Shown: positions 1 through 11,759 of the stretch, piece after piece
Layout of the letters: each line of letters starts with the position of its first letter
Position numbering within the stretch: position 1 is the stretch's first letter
Source of the DNA: Antedon mediterranea
Lineage: Eukaryota; Animalia; Echinodermata
DNA: 64,000 nt
Direction of reading: 5' to 3'
Assembly: GCF_964355755.1 (NCBI RefSeq)
Contig: NC_092677.1
Location: forward strand, 24,539,175-24,603,174
Position numbers and translations under genes: made by a program
The notes under the pieces: generated by a model
Told to the model about the DNA's origin: nothing
What the model saw: only the letters and a program-made list of their open reading frames with translations
The model's database searches: none

Positions 1-256
1 GGCGGAAAACTATGGAATGACTTGCCAGCAGATATAAAACATTCACCCACGATTATGTCCTTTAAAGTATAGATACAGATCTCATTTCTTTTCATAACAT
101 TTAACTTCCAGTTTATATTTTTGTTGCTATTATTATTAATTGTAATTGTATAAGATTTAAATTTGTATCCACAATGCAAAACAAGTTTATTTCTACTTGA
201 TTGTGTATAATCCTGTATAAATATGTTGTTAAATAAATAAATAATAAATAAATAAA
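1..256 (+). mobile_element. 3' end of a non-LTR retrotransposon (CR1/L2/Crack-like): RT C-terminus, 3' UTR and (AATA)n tail
   Basis: Frame 1 reads GGKLWNDLPADIKHSPTIMSFK, the WNxLPxxI...FK motif ending CR1/L2-group ORF2; (AATA)n run at 231-256. Confidence 0.7.
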
Positions 257-1089
257 TTAGTTTTACTTGTATGACGGGTAGATTGAAAATACTATATTTG
301 AGTACTTAATAACAGCAAGATTAAGCTATATATTATTACTGTATTTTGAAGAAACTGCTAATTTTGAGTTTTATAATTATTCCTAACGGCATTACGAATA
401 TTATTTGTAAGTAACTTAAAAAAGATAAGGAATATGTATGTCAGGTATGTAGGTCTACATTAACCGCATTAACGCGGCGAATGAAGAATGAATCCAAAAA
501 CAAATGTTGTTTATCCTGCAACTATGCTGGATTTTTCCAACACACTTTGAACTCCATCTGCTTCAAATTTAGGCTTTTCTTTCCGCGTTATACACTTTTA
601 GGTACAACAAATCATTTTCACTTCATTTATACACCGTTTTCTTAAATTAATTGAGATTCTAACATATATGAACAATTTGATCAATTAGGTGAAATGTACG
701 ATGGCACGTTTTAGACTTTTGAAGCTTAAAGAGCCCAGATTATCATGTTCCTATTGTTTTTACTTTTTTGAGTCTAATAAAGATGTATATATCGAATGAC
801 AGTCAGCATTAAAAGTACTTATGTTTGTATTTTACGTGGGGCGTAAACTTTGTCAATACGTTGGTACAATCGACAGCATCAACATCAAACAATATATTGA
901 TTTTTATTTCTATCTGGAAAATCAATGAACTTCTGAATTTCCACACAGTGAACAGCTGCGCCTCACATATTGTACTGTTAGCCGATTTGTTTAATATTGA
1001 TTATTATTATAATAATGGTTTCGCAATTTCAAAGTGTACACATAACAACAATATATACAATGTTATTATACACTTACTACAGGCGATAC

Positions 1090-2094
1090 TGTTTCGTTAG
1101 AGAAAGGAATTAACGCCCTCTACAAAGTTGTGGTTTTACAGTAATACACGTGAGAAGACTGCATACTTTTCTGAGAAAACGTGAAAACATTAAGAGAAAT
1201 AATTGAGTAAATTAACGCCGTTGTTTAAGAGTATTTTAAGAAACGATCGGTGAGTTAATCTATTTTATTGTATTAAACGTGATTATAAAAGTATTAGTTA
1301 TATTAGAACGATTTAAATGCCGAAATCATAGTCTATAAATACGGTAACAGTATAGATAGTTAGTGAACTTAAAGTTTGAAAGAGAGTTGACTGTATGTTT
1401 AATTACTTAATCAACATTATAGCTTATGGTTGAACTAAGTTGTGGATTGAATGATACGGCATATGTATTAGTAATGCATGTTAGTTGTAGATGTTTAAGA
1501 ACATTATATTATTGGAACTATATTCTATCCGTGTATTAATGTAAGAGTAAAATGTTAGTAATGTTCTGTACAAGTACATAACGCGGATTGATATCATTTT
1601 GAGTTTCTATTGTGCTGAGGTTGGGGTTCGGCTCGTGAATGTTGATCCCTGATTAATGGTATTTTGTGGTTAGAAGTTTTTGAGTGTAGAAAGATAAGGA
1701 GAGATTTTATTACTTTGATTTGATCTACTTTTATTAGTTTTGAGCTTACAATTTTACGGAATGATTTAACATGTATAAACGTTCTTGTGTTTTTTTTAGG
1801 TGATATTTAACATTTCAATGTTCAAGCTGTTGAGTAATTTGAGTTGAGTTTTGGATGTCGAAAAGTGTAAGTTTGCGTATACACTTTGATCATGAGCTGA
1901 ACTTTAATTTTAATTATAAATAGCTTAGATTATACATTTGTTACTGAGTTAAACGTTCTAGGATTTACGTATAGTATTGTATTTTTATTGATAGGTTCGA
2001 ACAACCTACTTGAGATAATCAGTTGGGACACAATAAATCCACTATTCAAGTCAATCTGAGTTCACGAGTTTTTATCAGTTTGAATATCGAAACA
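1090..2094 (+). repeat. 5' LTR (1005 bp)
   Basis: TG...CA ends with 7-bp inverted termini; AATAAA at 2032-2037; matches 7212-8217 apart from one T in a poly-T run, as far as seen by eye. Confidence 0.97.
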
Positions 2095-2128
2095 TTCGAA
2101 CACTTGGCAAGATTGTCAACGCACAGAG

Positions 2129-3958
2129 ATGGAGGATGCAAAAAGGCACAGACGGAGGAGAGAACGGAGCTTTAAAACAAAGGCAGAGGAGATGAAAACA
2201 TCGGTACACGCAAATCATCCACCGGAGTTGTTAAAAGATTTGTATGAAGAGTTGGACGAGTCATTCCAAAATTTAAAGATTGCGCACGAGAAGATACTAG
2301 ATCTGACTGAGGCTGACAAAGAAGCGGAAGAAGACGCATGGATGCTACCACGGATAGACGTTCATAGCTCGATCAGACTACTCTTTTATAAACATAGAAA
2401 AGATCAAGAAGAGGCGGTACAAAAGGACTCCAAAGACGGAATGAGACAAACCGAAACACATAAAATTGAGCTAAAGAAAATGGAGTTGCCGAAATTCAAT
2501 GGGGACATAAAGACATACACGAGGTTTAAGACGGACTTTAAGAAATTTGTGGAAAAGGCTACACATCCAGAGCAGTTGCCTTTCAGACTCCGGTCTTGTT
2601 TAGGTAACGAGGTGAATAAAGTTGTTGTACAAGCAGCTGAAGACGATTATGAGCAAATGTGGACCCTACTAGACGAGAAATATGGCGATAGACACAAGCT
2701 GGTCAATGCGCTCATAGGGGACATTCTGAAGCAAAATCCTTTAAAGGAAGGAGAAGAGAAACAATTTGTTGAGTTCATAGATCTAATTTCAGCATGCCAT
2801 CGAAATCTGAAGCGGATGGCAATAGAGCACGAGATGAACAATACCAGAGTAATAAGTGAAATTGAGAGTAGATTACCCGACGATCAAAAGAGAAGATGGG
2901 TCAGACTAATACATGATCCTCAATCGAAGGATAAAATAGAAAAAGACGGTAAACTGAAGATTCTTTTGGACTACCTAGAAGAAGAAGCCAAAAGTTTGAA
3001 ATATATGATGACTAGCTTACACGAAACTAATCAGAGACCAAAACAGCAACGCAGCATTGTCAACACGGTATTTACAGAGAAGCCCACAGATATTGCTGCT
3101 TGTATCTTACATGACAATGCTAAACACCAAACGCAAGACTGCAAAGGTTTTAAGGCCATGTCAATGCAAGAACGAATAGAGGTCATCAAACAGAAAAGAG
3201 TTTGTTTCAGATGCCTCAAACATGGGCATCAAGTGAAAACATGTAAGTTGGGAAATTGTGGAAAGGATGGATGCAGTAGGAAGCATCACCCGTTAATTCA
3301 TTTTCCACCGAAAAAAGAGCCAGCTTCAAATACTCAGAACACCGCAACGTCGCAACAGACTAGTACCGGCACTGACGCGCCGTGTATCTTAATGGCCAAG
3401 AGCGTGATAACGAAAGGGGGCACCAAAGTCAACGCGATGTTTGATACGGCAAGTACGTCATCCGTTATATTGGCAGACGTAGCTGAAAAACTAAAGTTGA
3501 AAGGAAAGCCGCTGACAGTCTCTGTGACAAAATTTGGCGGTGAAACTGAGCAAATCGAGACATTCAGTTATACATTGCCGCTAAAGACGAAGTATAATGG
3601 ATATATTAAAATAGAAGTATTTGGGATGCCACGCATTACAAACAGACTACTCCCTCAAGACACTGAGAAGTTAGCTGACATCTTTAAGGTGGAAAAGCAT
3701 CTGATAGAGAGACCTACAGGTGCGGTAGAATTGTTGATAGGAGCAGACAATGCAAGTCTATTTCCGAACATTCTGCGGACTGAAGGGGAATTGGCTCTAT
3801 GTGAAGGGACGTTTGGAGTAATGGTTTTTGGTAAACATCCTGTGTGTCGGAGTGAGTCTAACGCAACCAACCTTACGTACATAGAAAAACAGGTTTCTTC
3901 GCAATTCCTTGATATAGAAAGTATGGGAGTTGCTTGCAATCCGAAGTGCGGAAGTTGA
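2129..3958 (+). CDS. BEL/Pao Gag plus aspartic protease (5' part of gag-pol)
   Basis: LPKFNGD Gag motif (DUF1759-like), Zn knuckles CFRCLKHGHQVKTC and CGKDGCSRKHHPLIH, protease motif FDTAS, LLIGAD. Confidence 0.93.
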   Translation: MEDAKRHRRRRERSFKTKAEEMKTSVHANHPPELLKDLYEELDESFQNLKIAHEKILDLTEADKEAEEDAWMLPRIDVHSSIRLLFYKHRKDQEEAVQKDSKDGMRQTETHKIELKKMELPKFNGDIKTYTRFKTDFKKFVEKATHPEQLPFRLRSCLGNEVNKVVVQAAEDDYEQMWTLLDEKYGDRHKLVNALIGDILKQNPLKEGEEKQFVEFIDLISACHRNLKRMAIEHEMNNTRVISEIESRLPDDQKRRWVRLIHDPQSKDKIEKDGKLKILLDYLEEEAKSLKYMMTSLHETNQRPKQQRSIVNTVFTEKPTDIAACILHDNAKHQTQDCKGFKAMSMQERIEVIKQKRVCFRCLKHGHQVKTCKLGNCGKDGCSRKHHPLIHFPPKKEPASNTQNTATSQQTSTGTDAPCILMAKSVITKGGTKVNAMFDTASTSSVILADVAEKLKLKGKPLTVSVTKFGGETEQIETFSYTLPLKTKYNGYIKIEVFGMPRITNRLLPQDTEKLADIFKVEKHLIERPTGAVELLIGADNASLFPNILRTEGELALCEGTFGVMVFGKHPVCRSESNATNLTYIEKQVSSQFLDIESMGVACNPKCGS

Positions 3959-6900
3959 AAGTGTGGCAATTGTCCCATTGGGTCAAAACGATTTACCCTA
4001 AAGGAAGAAAGAGAACTGAATCTTATTGACGAAGGTTTGAGTTATTCAGATGGTAAATGGACAGCCAAATATCCATGGATCAGAGATCCTAAAGATTTAC
4101 CGGACAACCGATTAGTTGCGGAAGCGAAACTGAGAGCAACCGAAAAGAGATTGCAGAAAAATGAGAAATATGCAGAGTGCTATGCTTCACAGATAGATGA
4201 TATGTTACAGCGGAAAGTTGCTCGTAAGTTATCTGACAGTGAGATGAGGAGCTATAAAGGACCTGTTCACTACATATCACATCACGGAATAGCAAAACCG
4301 GACAGTAAAAGTACACCTTTAAGAATTGTTTTTAACAGTAGTGCAAACTATAAGGGCCATGTGCTGAACGAATATTGGGCCAAAGGACCAGACGTTAACA
4401 ATAACTTGTTGGCCGTTCTATTTCGATTTAGAAGAGAACAAGTTGCTTTAGTAGGAGATATCAAGAAAATGTACCACAGTATTGATATTTCAATGTTGGA
4501 CCAGCATACCCATCGCTTTCTTTGGAGGAATATGGAGATAGATCGTCCAATTCACACTTATTGTGTCACAGCGGTGAATTTTGGAGATGGACCATCTGCT
4601 ACTATGGCTATAAGAGCACTACAAAGGACAGCAGAGCTTTCGGCAGAACTGTTTCCGGAAGCAGCACAAACGCTACAGGAAAACGTGTATATGGACGACA
4701 TAGCCGATAATCTACAGACCGTAGAAAAGGCCTACGAGAGATCCGAAGAGATCAACGCTATACTGAGCAAAGGAAGTTTCAATGTAAAAGAATGGACCAT
4801 CTCAGGTGTAAACATGGACACTACCAAATTTTTAGGGTTAGAATGGAACCCCCGAGACGATAAGCTAAAGGTACCAGTACCAACGTACTGCGAAGAAATA
4901 GGAAGCCTGACTAAGAGAAAATGCTTAGGTGCAGCCAATTCCATATATGATCCATTGGGGTTACTATCTCCGGTGACCGTAAGAGCAAAGATACTACTGA
5001 GAAATTTGTGGGGAAAGAAGGTGGATTGGGATCAAGAAATTGAGCCGGGAGACTTAGACGAATGGCGCAGCTTTCTAAAGGATGTTAAAAATTGCGAAAA
5101 GGTGTCAATACCTCGAAGTGTAAAACCAAGCAAACAAAGCGAAAACCCTACGTTGATAATGTTCTCAGATGCCTCAAAAGAAGCTATGGGGACAGTTGCC
5201 TACATCAGATATGAGACGAATCTTGGGGTATTCGAATCTCGCTTGATGGCTGCTAAAAGTAGAGTTGCCCCCGTGAGAATAACAAGTATAGTCAGGTTGG
5301 AGTTGAGCGCGGCAGTAATGAGTGTGCGACTAGCAAAAACAATCAGAGAAGAGAGCAGAATCCCGTTTGTGAGGGTTTTATACCTAGTAGACAGCGAAAT
5401 TGTCCGATCCATGATACAGAAAGAGAGCTATGGTTTTAAAACATTTGCTGCGACCAGGATAGGAGAAATTCAGCAGTTTAGTGACTCTACAGACTGGTTC
5501 TGGGTTGCCGGCAAAGATAACATTGCAGATATTATTTCTAGGAGTATTACGAGCAAATGTTTAGAAGAGAATAAACAGTGGTTCCAGGGGCCAGAATTCA
5601 TGAGAAATCCTTTAGAGCAATGGCCAATCTCTCAGAGTTGTAGCGTTTCGGACATACCAGAAAGAGTTGGAGTGATCATGGTGGCAGACGTAGAGGAAGT
5701 GATAGAAAGCCCTATTAACATTAAAAGATTTGGAAGCTTCGACAAATTGTTAAAAACAACCGCCATGGTTAAGCGCATAGCAAAGCAAAAAAGCTTTAAG
5801 TCCGCTGGAATAGATCTGAACGAGAACGACATATATGAAGCCGAACGGTATTGGATCAAGACTGTACAACGCCCGATAAGAGACTTAAAGATTAAAACGC
5901 CAGTAGCATTTACGAACAAATATGGTAGCTTAGGACCGATGATAGACGAAGATGGAATTGTGGTAGTGGGAGAGAGAATCAAGAACCATGTTCATTTCAG
6001 TTACAATAACAAACTAGTACCTCTACTTCCAACAGATCATACGTTTTCTAAGTTGTATACCGAGAAGGTACATAAATTATCTCACAGTGGAGTGAGCGCT
6101 ACTATGGCAAAGGTTAGAGCAAAATATTGGATAATCCGATTAAGGCGCATAGTATCATCAGTAAGAAACAAGTGTATGGGTTGCAGACGCCTTGAAGGGA
6201 AAGTGCAGGAACAAATTATGGGATCACTACCTATCCAAAGACTAAAACCGTCACCCCCGTGGACTTATGTAGGGTGTGATCTGTTCGGCCCATTCAGAGT
6301 AAGAGGTGAAGTCCAGAAGAGGACTCACGGCAAGGCGTATGGAGTGATACTAAACTGTCTAGTGACTAGAGCTGTGCATCTCGATTTGGCGGTTGACTAC
6401 AGTGAGGGTGCAGTGCAGAAAGTATTTAGGAGGTTTTCTGCGATAAGAGGATATCCAGCAGAGGTATTTACGGACTGTGGGTCACAGTTGGCAGCGATGC
6501 ATGAGACACTCAAGAAATCGTCGCTGGAGTATAATGTTAAGTGGACATATAGTACGCCGGATGCTCCTTGGCAAAATGGGGTTACTGAGTCTTTAATTAA
6601 AGGCATAAAGAAAGAACTATTTCATACAGTAGGTGAACAAGTGTTGTCATTTGAGGAGCTACAGACCGTGTTATTTGAAATATCGGATCTGCTAAATAGT
6701 AGACCGATAGGTCAACATCCTACTAGTCCGGAAGATGGCACGTATCTTTGTCCGAACGACTTGTTGCTGGGTAGATCTGATAAAGCGGCACCTATGGGAC
6801 CATGGAATGACAGGGGAGGTCATGCGAGAAGGATGAGATACATGCAGTGTCTGATAGAGGAGTTCTGGCAGAAATGGACCAAATGTTATTTTACGTCATT

Positions 6901-7144
6901 GATTGTGAAAAAGAAATGGAGAACGGAATGTAGGAACTTGAAAGTTGGCGACGTAGTATTAATACAAGAAGAAGGAATTAAGCGAGGTAAATGGAAGACA
7001 GGAGTAGTTGAAGAAGCAATTGTTAGCAATGATGATAGAGTGCGCAACGTGATTGTACGATCGACAACAAATACTGGAGCTATAACAAGATTGAGAAGAG
7101 CAATTCAGAGATTGGTATTATTACTACCTGTTGAAGAGAGTTAA
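3959..7144 (+). CDS. BEL/Pao Pol: RT, RNase H (Pao peptidase A17-like region), integrase; same frame as gag after a single TGA
   Basis: LRIVFNSS, GDIKKMY, YMDD (RT); FSDAS (RNase H); HKLSH...CMGC zinc finger and DLFGP/TDCG/E integrase core; frame stays open from 3959 to 7144. Confidence 0.95.
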   Translation, partial: KCGNCPIGSKRFTLKEERELNLIDEGLSYSDGKWTAKYPWIRDPKDLPDNRLVAEAKLRATEKRLQKNEKYAECYASQIDDMLQRKVARKLSDSEMRSYKGPVHYISHHGIAKPDSKSTPLRIVFNSSANYKGHVLNEYWAKGPDVNNNLLAVLFRFRREQVALVGDIKKMYHSIDISMLDQHTHRFLWRNMEIDRPIHTYCVTAVNFGDGPSATMAIRALQRTAELSAELFPEAAQTLQENVYMDDIADNLQTVEKAYERSEEINAILSKGSFNVKEWTISGVNMDTTKFLGLEWNPRDDKLKVPVPTYCEEIGSLTKRKCLGAANSIYDPLGLLSPVTVRAKILLRNLWGKKVDWDQEIEPGDLDEWRSFLKDVKNCEKVSIPRSVKPSKQSENPTLIMFSDASKEAMGTVAYIRYETNLGVFESRLMAAKSRVAPVRITSIVRLELSAAVMSVRLAKTIREESRIPFVRVLYLVDSEIVRSMIQKESYGFKTFAATRIGEIQQFSDSTDWFWVAGKDNIADIISRSITSKCLEENKQWFQGPEFMRNPLEQWPISQSCSVSDIPERVGVIMVADVEEVIESPINIKRFGSFDKLLKTTAMVKRIAKQKSFKSAGIDLNENDIYEAERYWIKTVQRPIRDLKIKTPVAFTNKYGSLGPMIDEDGIVVVGERIKNHVHFSYNNKLVPLLPTDHTFSKLYTEKVHKLSHSGVSATMAKVRAKYWIIRLRRIVSSVRNKCMGCRRLEGKVQEQIMGSLPIQRLKPSPPWTYVGCDLFGPFRVRGEVQKRTHGKAYGVILNCLVTRAVHLDLAVDYSEGAVQKVFRRFSAIRGYPAEVFTDCGSQLAAMHETLKKSSLEYNVKWTYSTPDAPWQNGVTESLIKGIKKELFHTVGEQVLSFEELQTVLFEISDLLNSRPIGQHPTSPEDGTYLCPNDLLLGRSDKAAPMGPWNDRGGHARRMRYMQCLIEEFWQKWTKCYFTSLIVKKKWRTECRNLKVGDVVLIQEEGIKRGKWKTGVVEEAIVSNDDRVRNVIVRSTTNTGAITRLRRAIQRLVLLLPVEES

Positions 7145-7211
7145 AACAAACAAACAAACAAACAAAAAATAAACATATGTAATTTTAGTAATTGTATTAA
7201 GGTGGGGGGAG

Positions 7212-8217
7212 TGTTTCGTTAGAGAAAGGAATTAACGCCCTCTACAAAGTTGTGGTTTTACAGTAATACACGTGAGAAGACTGCATACTTTTCTGAGAAA
7301 ACGTGAAAACATTAAGAGAAATAATTGAGTAAATTAACGCCGTTGTTTAAGAGTATTTTAAGAAACGATCGGTGAGTTAATCTATTTTATTGTATTAAAC
7401 GTGATTATAAAAGTATTAGTTATATTAGAACGATTTAAATGCCGAAATCATAGTCTATAAATACGGTAACAGTATAGATAGTTAGTGAACTTAAAGTTTG
7501 AAAGAGAGTTGACTGTATGTTTAATTACTTAATCAACATTATAGCTTATGGTTGAACTAAGTTGTGGATTGAATGATACGGCATATGTATTAGTAATGCA
7601 TGTTAGTTGTAGATGTTTAAGAACATTATATTATTGGAACTATATTCTATCCGTGTATTAATGTAAGAGTAAAATGTTAGTAATGTTCTGTACAAGTACA
7701 TAACGCGGATTGATATCATTTTGAGTTTCTATTGTGCTGAGGTTGGGGTTCGGCTCGTGAATGTTGATCCCTGATTAATGGTATTTTGTGGTTAGAAGTT
7801 TTTGAGTGTAGAAAGATAAGGAGAGATTTTATTACTTTGATTTGATCTACTTTTATTAGTTTTGAGCTTACAATTTTACGGAATGATTTAACATGTATAA
7901 ACGTTCTTGTGTTTTTTTTTAGGTGATATTTAACATTTCAATGTTCAAGCTGTTGAGTAATTTGAGTTGAGTTTTGGATGTCGAAAAGTGTAAGTTTGCG
8001 TATACACTTTGATCATGAGCTGAACTTTAATTTTAATTATAAATAGCTTAGATTATACATTTGTTACTGAGTTAAACGTTCTAGGATTTACGTATAGTAT
8101 TGTATTTTTATTGATAGGTTCGAACAACCTACTTGAGATAATCAGTTGGGACACAATAAATCCACTATTCAAGTCAATCTGAGTTCACGAGTTTTTATCA
8201 GTTTGAATATCGAAACA
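7212..8217 (+). repeat. 3' LTR (1006 bp)
   Basis: Direct repeat of 1090-2094, preceded by the PPT and followed by TSD GATAC. Confidence 0.97.
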
Positions 8218-9261
8218 GATACTACGGAGATACGAATACTTTTATATTATAGAATAACCTATCCTTGCTTCCTTTCCTAGGAACGTTTCAATTTATTATT
8301 TGTACATAGGTCATTGGCCTGAATACAACAATGAAAAGAATTTACGATAGAACTTAAGTATGTGTTAAATACTTTTCTGTTTTCCCTTAAATAAATGAAC
8401 TTAATGAGATTAAACATTTTCTTTTTTACTGGACATTTATAAAAAAAATAAACATTTCTACTGTAGGAAATTTAAGTATAATGGTAAAAGTAATCGTTTT
8501 CTTAAATTATTATTATATAATGGACATTTAAAGAAAAAGAAAATTATTGTTATACACCTTAAACATTCTTTCTTCTTTTGTTGTTTTTTTTTCAACATCC
8601 TTGTTCAATACCAAGGTCAAGAACACCTAATCTAAACTTAGTTAAAATTGGTTTTATTTCAAATTCAATTTGTATTGAATATCTTGTTTAAATTTAGATA
8701 CTTTATTCTGGAAAATGAACCTAGGTTTTCAACAACAAAAGTTGTCTTTCAATCTCTTGAACGTAATTTAAGCTCATTTATAAAACTATATTATAATTAA
8801 CGTTTTGTGCAAGCCAAAAATAATTAAACCCAATTGAGAGTTGATTCTTTTCATTTCTTTCTATTCTTTCTGAACACTAAAAATACCATAACACTTTGAG
8901 AGGAATCTACTTTTGTCTGTCTGAATAATAAGATAACCAATATCGAATAATAATAGGTAAACGTGTCATTAATAAAGAAAATTGTCCCATTTTGAAAAGG
9001 GTTGACATGTTTGGCCTAAAATATATCTACAAAATGTCCTCTCGTCTTCTTAGAGCGCCGTTATCAAAACCTATAGTTTGGTAACACTAAGTTCAGGACC
9101 AGCTTACTGCTAGGCATTTATTTTGTAGATTAACATGAAAACATTTTCAGCGTCTGTGTAATTCTGTTATTATATATTCTATATGAAGATGATTCTATGT
9201 TACACTTGCAAGTGAAATATTTTAATAATGGTAATCCTACAATCGAGTTTAAAGCAAAATT

Positions 9262-9927
9262 ACAAGATACAAGATACAAGACACAAGATACAAGATAACT
9301 TTATTGTCAAAATTGTTAACAATTTCGAGATATGTTTTGTACCTGAGTAGAATAAATAATACGATGTGATAATTATATAAATAAATACAAATGATACAAG
9401 TGACTATCTTGAAAAGTTTTTGTTAAATAAATTGCATGCTATGTACATTGGTGAAAATCTGAAACGGTTTGTGGATATTTTTTCCTGTGTCAGTCTGACC
9501 CTTCCTGATCTACTTATAATGATGTCTGAATGTAATGGGTGTGATGGGTCTTGCATAATTGTGTCAAATTTCTTAAGTATGAATGTATTAAACATTTCAT
9601 CTAAAGATTTCACTTCTACACCGATAACTCTGCTGGCCTTGTTTACTAATCTCTGAATTTGACTTTTACTGTTTACATTGATATGAGAAACCAAACAATA
9701 ATACAATAAGAAATGATTGATTGAACAACAGAGGAATAAAACATATGAATGAGATGAGAACTAACATTAAACCGTTTCATTTTGTATATAAAGTACATTC
9801 TGTTATTAGCCTTGGTACGGAGGTCTTTAGTGTTGCTCCCCCAATTTAGTTTATTATCAATTATTAATCCCAAGTACTTATGACTTTCTACTATTTCAAC
9901 AACATAGTAAGTGAGCAGCTTGAACAA
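9262..9927 (-). mobile_element. 5'-truncated Rex1/L2-group LINE fragment, frameshifted RT C-terminus
   Basis: HKYLGLIIDNKLNW and DPSHPLH motifs on the minus strand; (CAAGATA)n tail at 9262-9297; same motifs as the element at 44808-47961. Confidence 0.85.
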
Positions 9928-10007
9928 CCGGTTTAAAACGACGCTTAAACTAATGCGATTATCTTTGTGTTTTTGCTACTAACGCCGAAAGCTGACATTT
10001 CTAAAAG

Positions 10008-10190
10008 ATGTGGGATGATGAATCTATAAAATGTTTATTAGGAATTTGGAACTCGCAGGATATTTACCCGCAGTTTGGCGGCACACGAAGGAATGGAGTC
10101 GTGTATAATGTGATTACCGATCGACTGAAAGAACAAGACTACGATCGAGCGAACCGTGGCCCAAGTACGTACCAAGATACAAGATACAAA
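10008..10190 (+). pseudogene. Myb/SANT-like (trihelix) DNA-binding domain fragment, probably a PIF/Harbinger relic
   Basis: WDDESIKCLLGIW...RRNGVVYNVITDRLKEQDYDR, then after a frameshift RTVAQVRTKI, matching the Myb/SANT-like pattern. Confidence 0.6.
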
Positions 10191-11224
10191 TTGGAGATGA
10201 TGACACCATCCAATTTGTTGATTTGGCACGGAATTAACCAATACAAAAGGGCACATATAGTGTCTATCAATCGCATCTTTGTTATGCATAATTATTATAC
10301 AATAGTAATCGATCGCAAAGATACCTAGACCAATTTAACCGACAGAAAATCATACTTTCCCAGGCGAGACATGAGAGCGCTAAACAAATCACATCCTATC
10401 ATTTGGAAGATTTCAAACAGAAAATGATCTTTTTGTTTACTTCGTTTCTGTAAATCATGTGTGTTTGGGTGTGTGTGTGAGTTTGCTGTTAGTAGAATTT
10501 ATAATGTACACCTATTCAACTGACGCAATAACAAAGATAAACACAGAATCAGGATTAACAGGATCAAAAAGATCATTTTCTATACAGCGGACATTGAGCA
10601 GTAAGACGCACATTTCTTGGGACTTTCAGTAAATGAAATTTACCGTAAGTATTATTGCATATCCTGTCAGTTAAGCCAATTGAGAAAGCATCGTACGACG
10701 AAGCCCGACGAAACGTCCTGACTCGTCGGTGCTGTCTGAGTTGAATCCCGACAGCGATAGCATCGGGTGTAGTTTTTAGGTCGTCTCGAGAACTTAGCTC
10801 TAAACATGTTTAATTTTCTCCCGACGAGACGACTCCTCTCGCCTTAGTAAAACCATTAAGCGAATGAATGATATAGTAATTACAGATTTGTTGTTTGAAT
10901 TAAAACTATATAAACTTTATACTTAACGTGGAAAACATACGAAATAGCTGCATAGTAATCTTTATACTACACCTCTAAACAGAGTGTACAAAAAAATATA
11001 TATTTACGCATTTGAAGAAGTCATACATGACCCTTCTTAGACATTAAGTTCAAATTGTGATTGATAATTATGTTCGCAACATAATAATGTATCGTAAATC
11101 AATAAATAAATCAAATCATTGGTATAAATAAAGGCTATCAAACAACTAGCCTTGGCATAAAGCATATTTAAAACATAAATTGAAAGTCCTTAAGAGACAT
11201 TAACACTTTTCTTACAGTACCATA

Positions 11225-11759
11225 ATGGATGCTAGATTTAGAGATTTTCTTCAAGAATTCAGTGATGCCTATCCCGGGGATGAGGTACGGGAATTGAGAT
11301 TTCTTCTGCAGGATAACCTATCGATTAGTGTATTATCTAAGAAACACAACTTGGGAATGGATTTATTTACACAACTTGAGCATAAAGGCCTCATTACATA
11401 CAATGATGTTAACATTATGTTAGAAATGGCAGAATTGACAGAAAATACTGCTGCAAAAGCCAGGGTAATGAGATACAAACAAGACGTTGATGAAAATTAT
11501 GATGGTTTCGGTCCGTATCGGGCAAGTTTGAAGGAAAGGCGTAAACAACTTTATAAAGCTATGTGTAGTATAACAGAAAATAAGGGGGGTGATTTTCACA
11601 AATTGATTGCGTTCTACAGAGTGGGTCCATACGGATTTACAAATAAATGGGATTTAGTATTTTATCTGGAGAGAGAACTCAAATTAGATATACAGGATGA
11701 AGATAGTGTTACGAAATTTGCCAATCAGTTGAATGAATGTGCAAAAAGGAAATTACTGG
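11225..11759 (+). CDS. Gene 1 exon: tandem death-effector-domain-like region (type A)
   Basis: FRDFLQEFSD...ELRFLL...DLFTQLEHKGLITYNDVNIMLEM fits the DED pattern; second unit WDLVFYLERE; acceptor CTTACAG at 11217, donor GTACGT at 11760. Confidence 0.8.

Larger units (their letters stand above)
1090..8217 (+). mobile_element. Full-length BEL/Pao LTR retrotransposon, recent insertion
   Basis: Two ~1005-bp direct repeats bounded by TGTTTCG...CGAAACA; 5-bp TSD GATAC at 1085-1089 and 8218-8222; polypurine tract AAGGTGGGGGGAG before the 3' LTR; gag-PR-RT-RNaseH-IN order. Confidence 0.97.

Noticed and set aside
2647-6606. Antisense ORFs within gag-pol (likewise within the NACHT/LRR exons)
   Set aside because: Shadows of the coding strand with no independent features.
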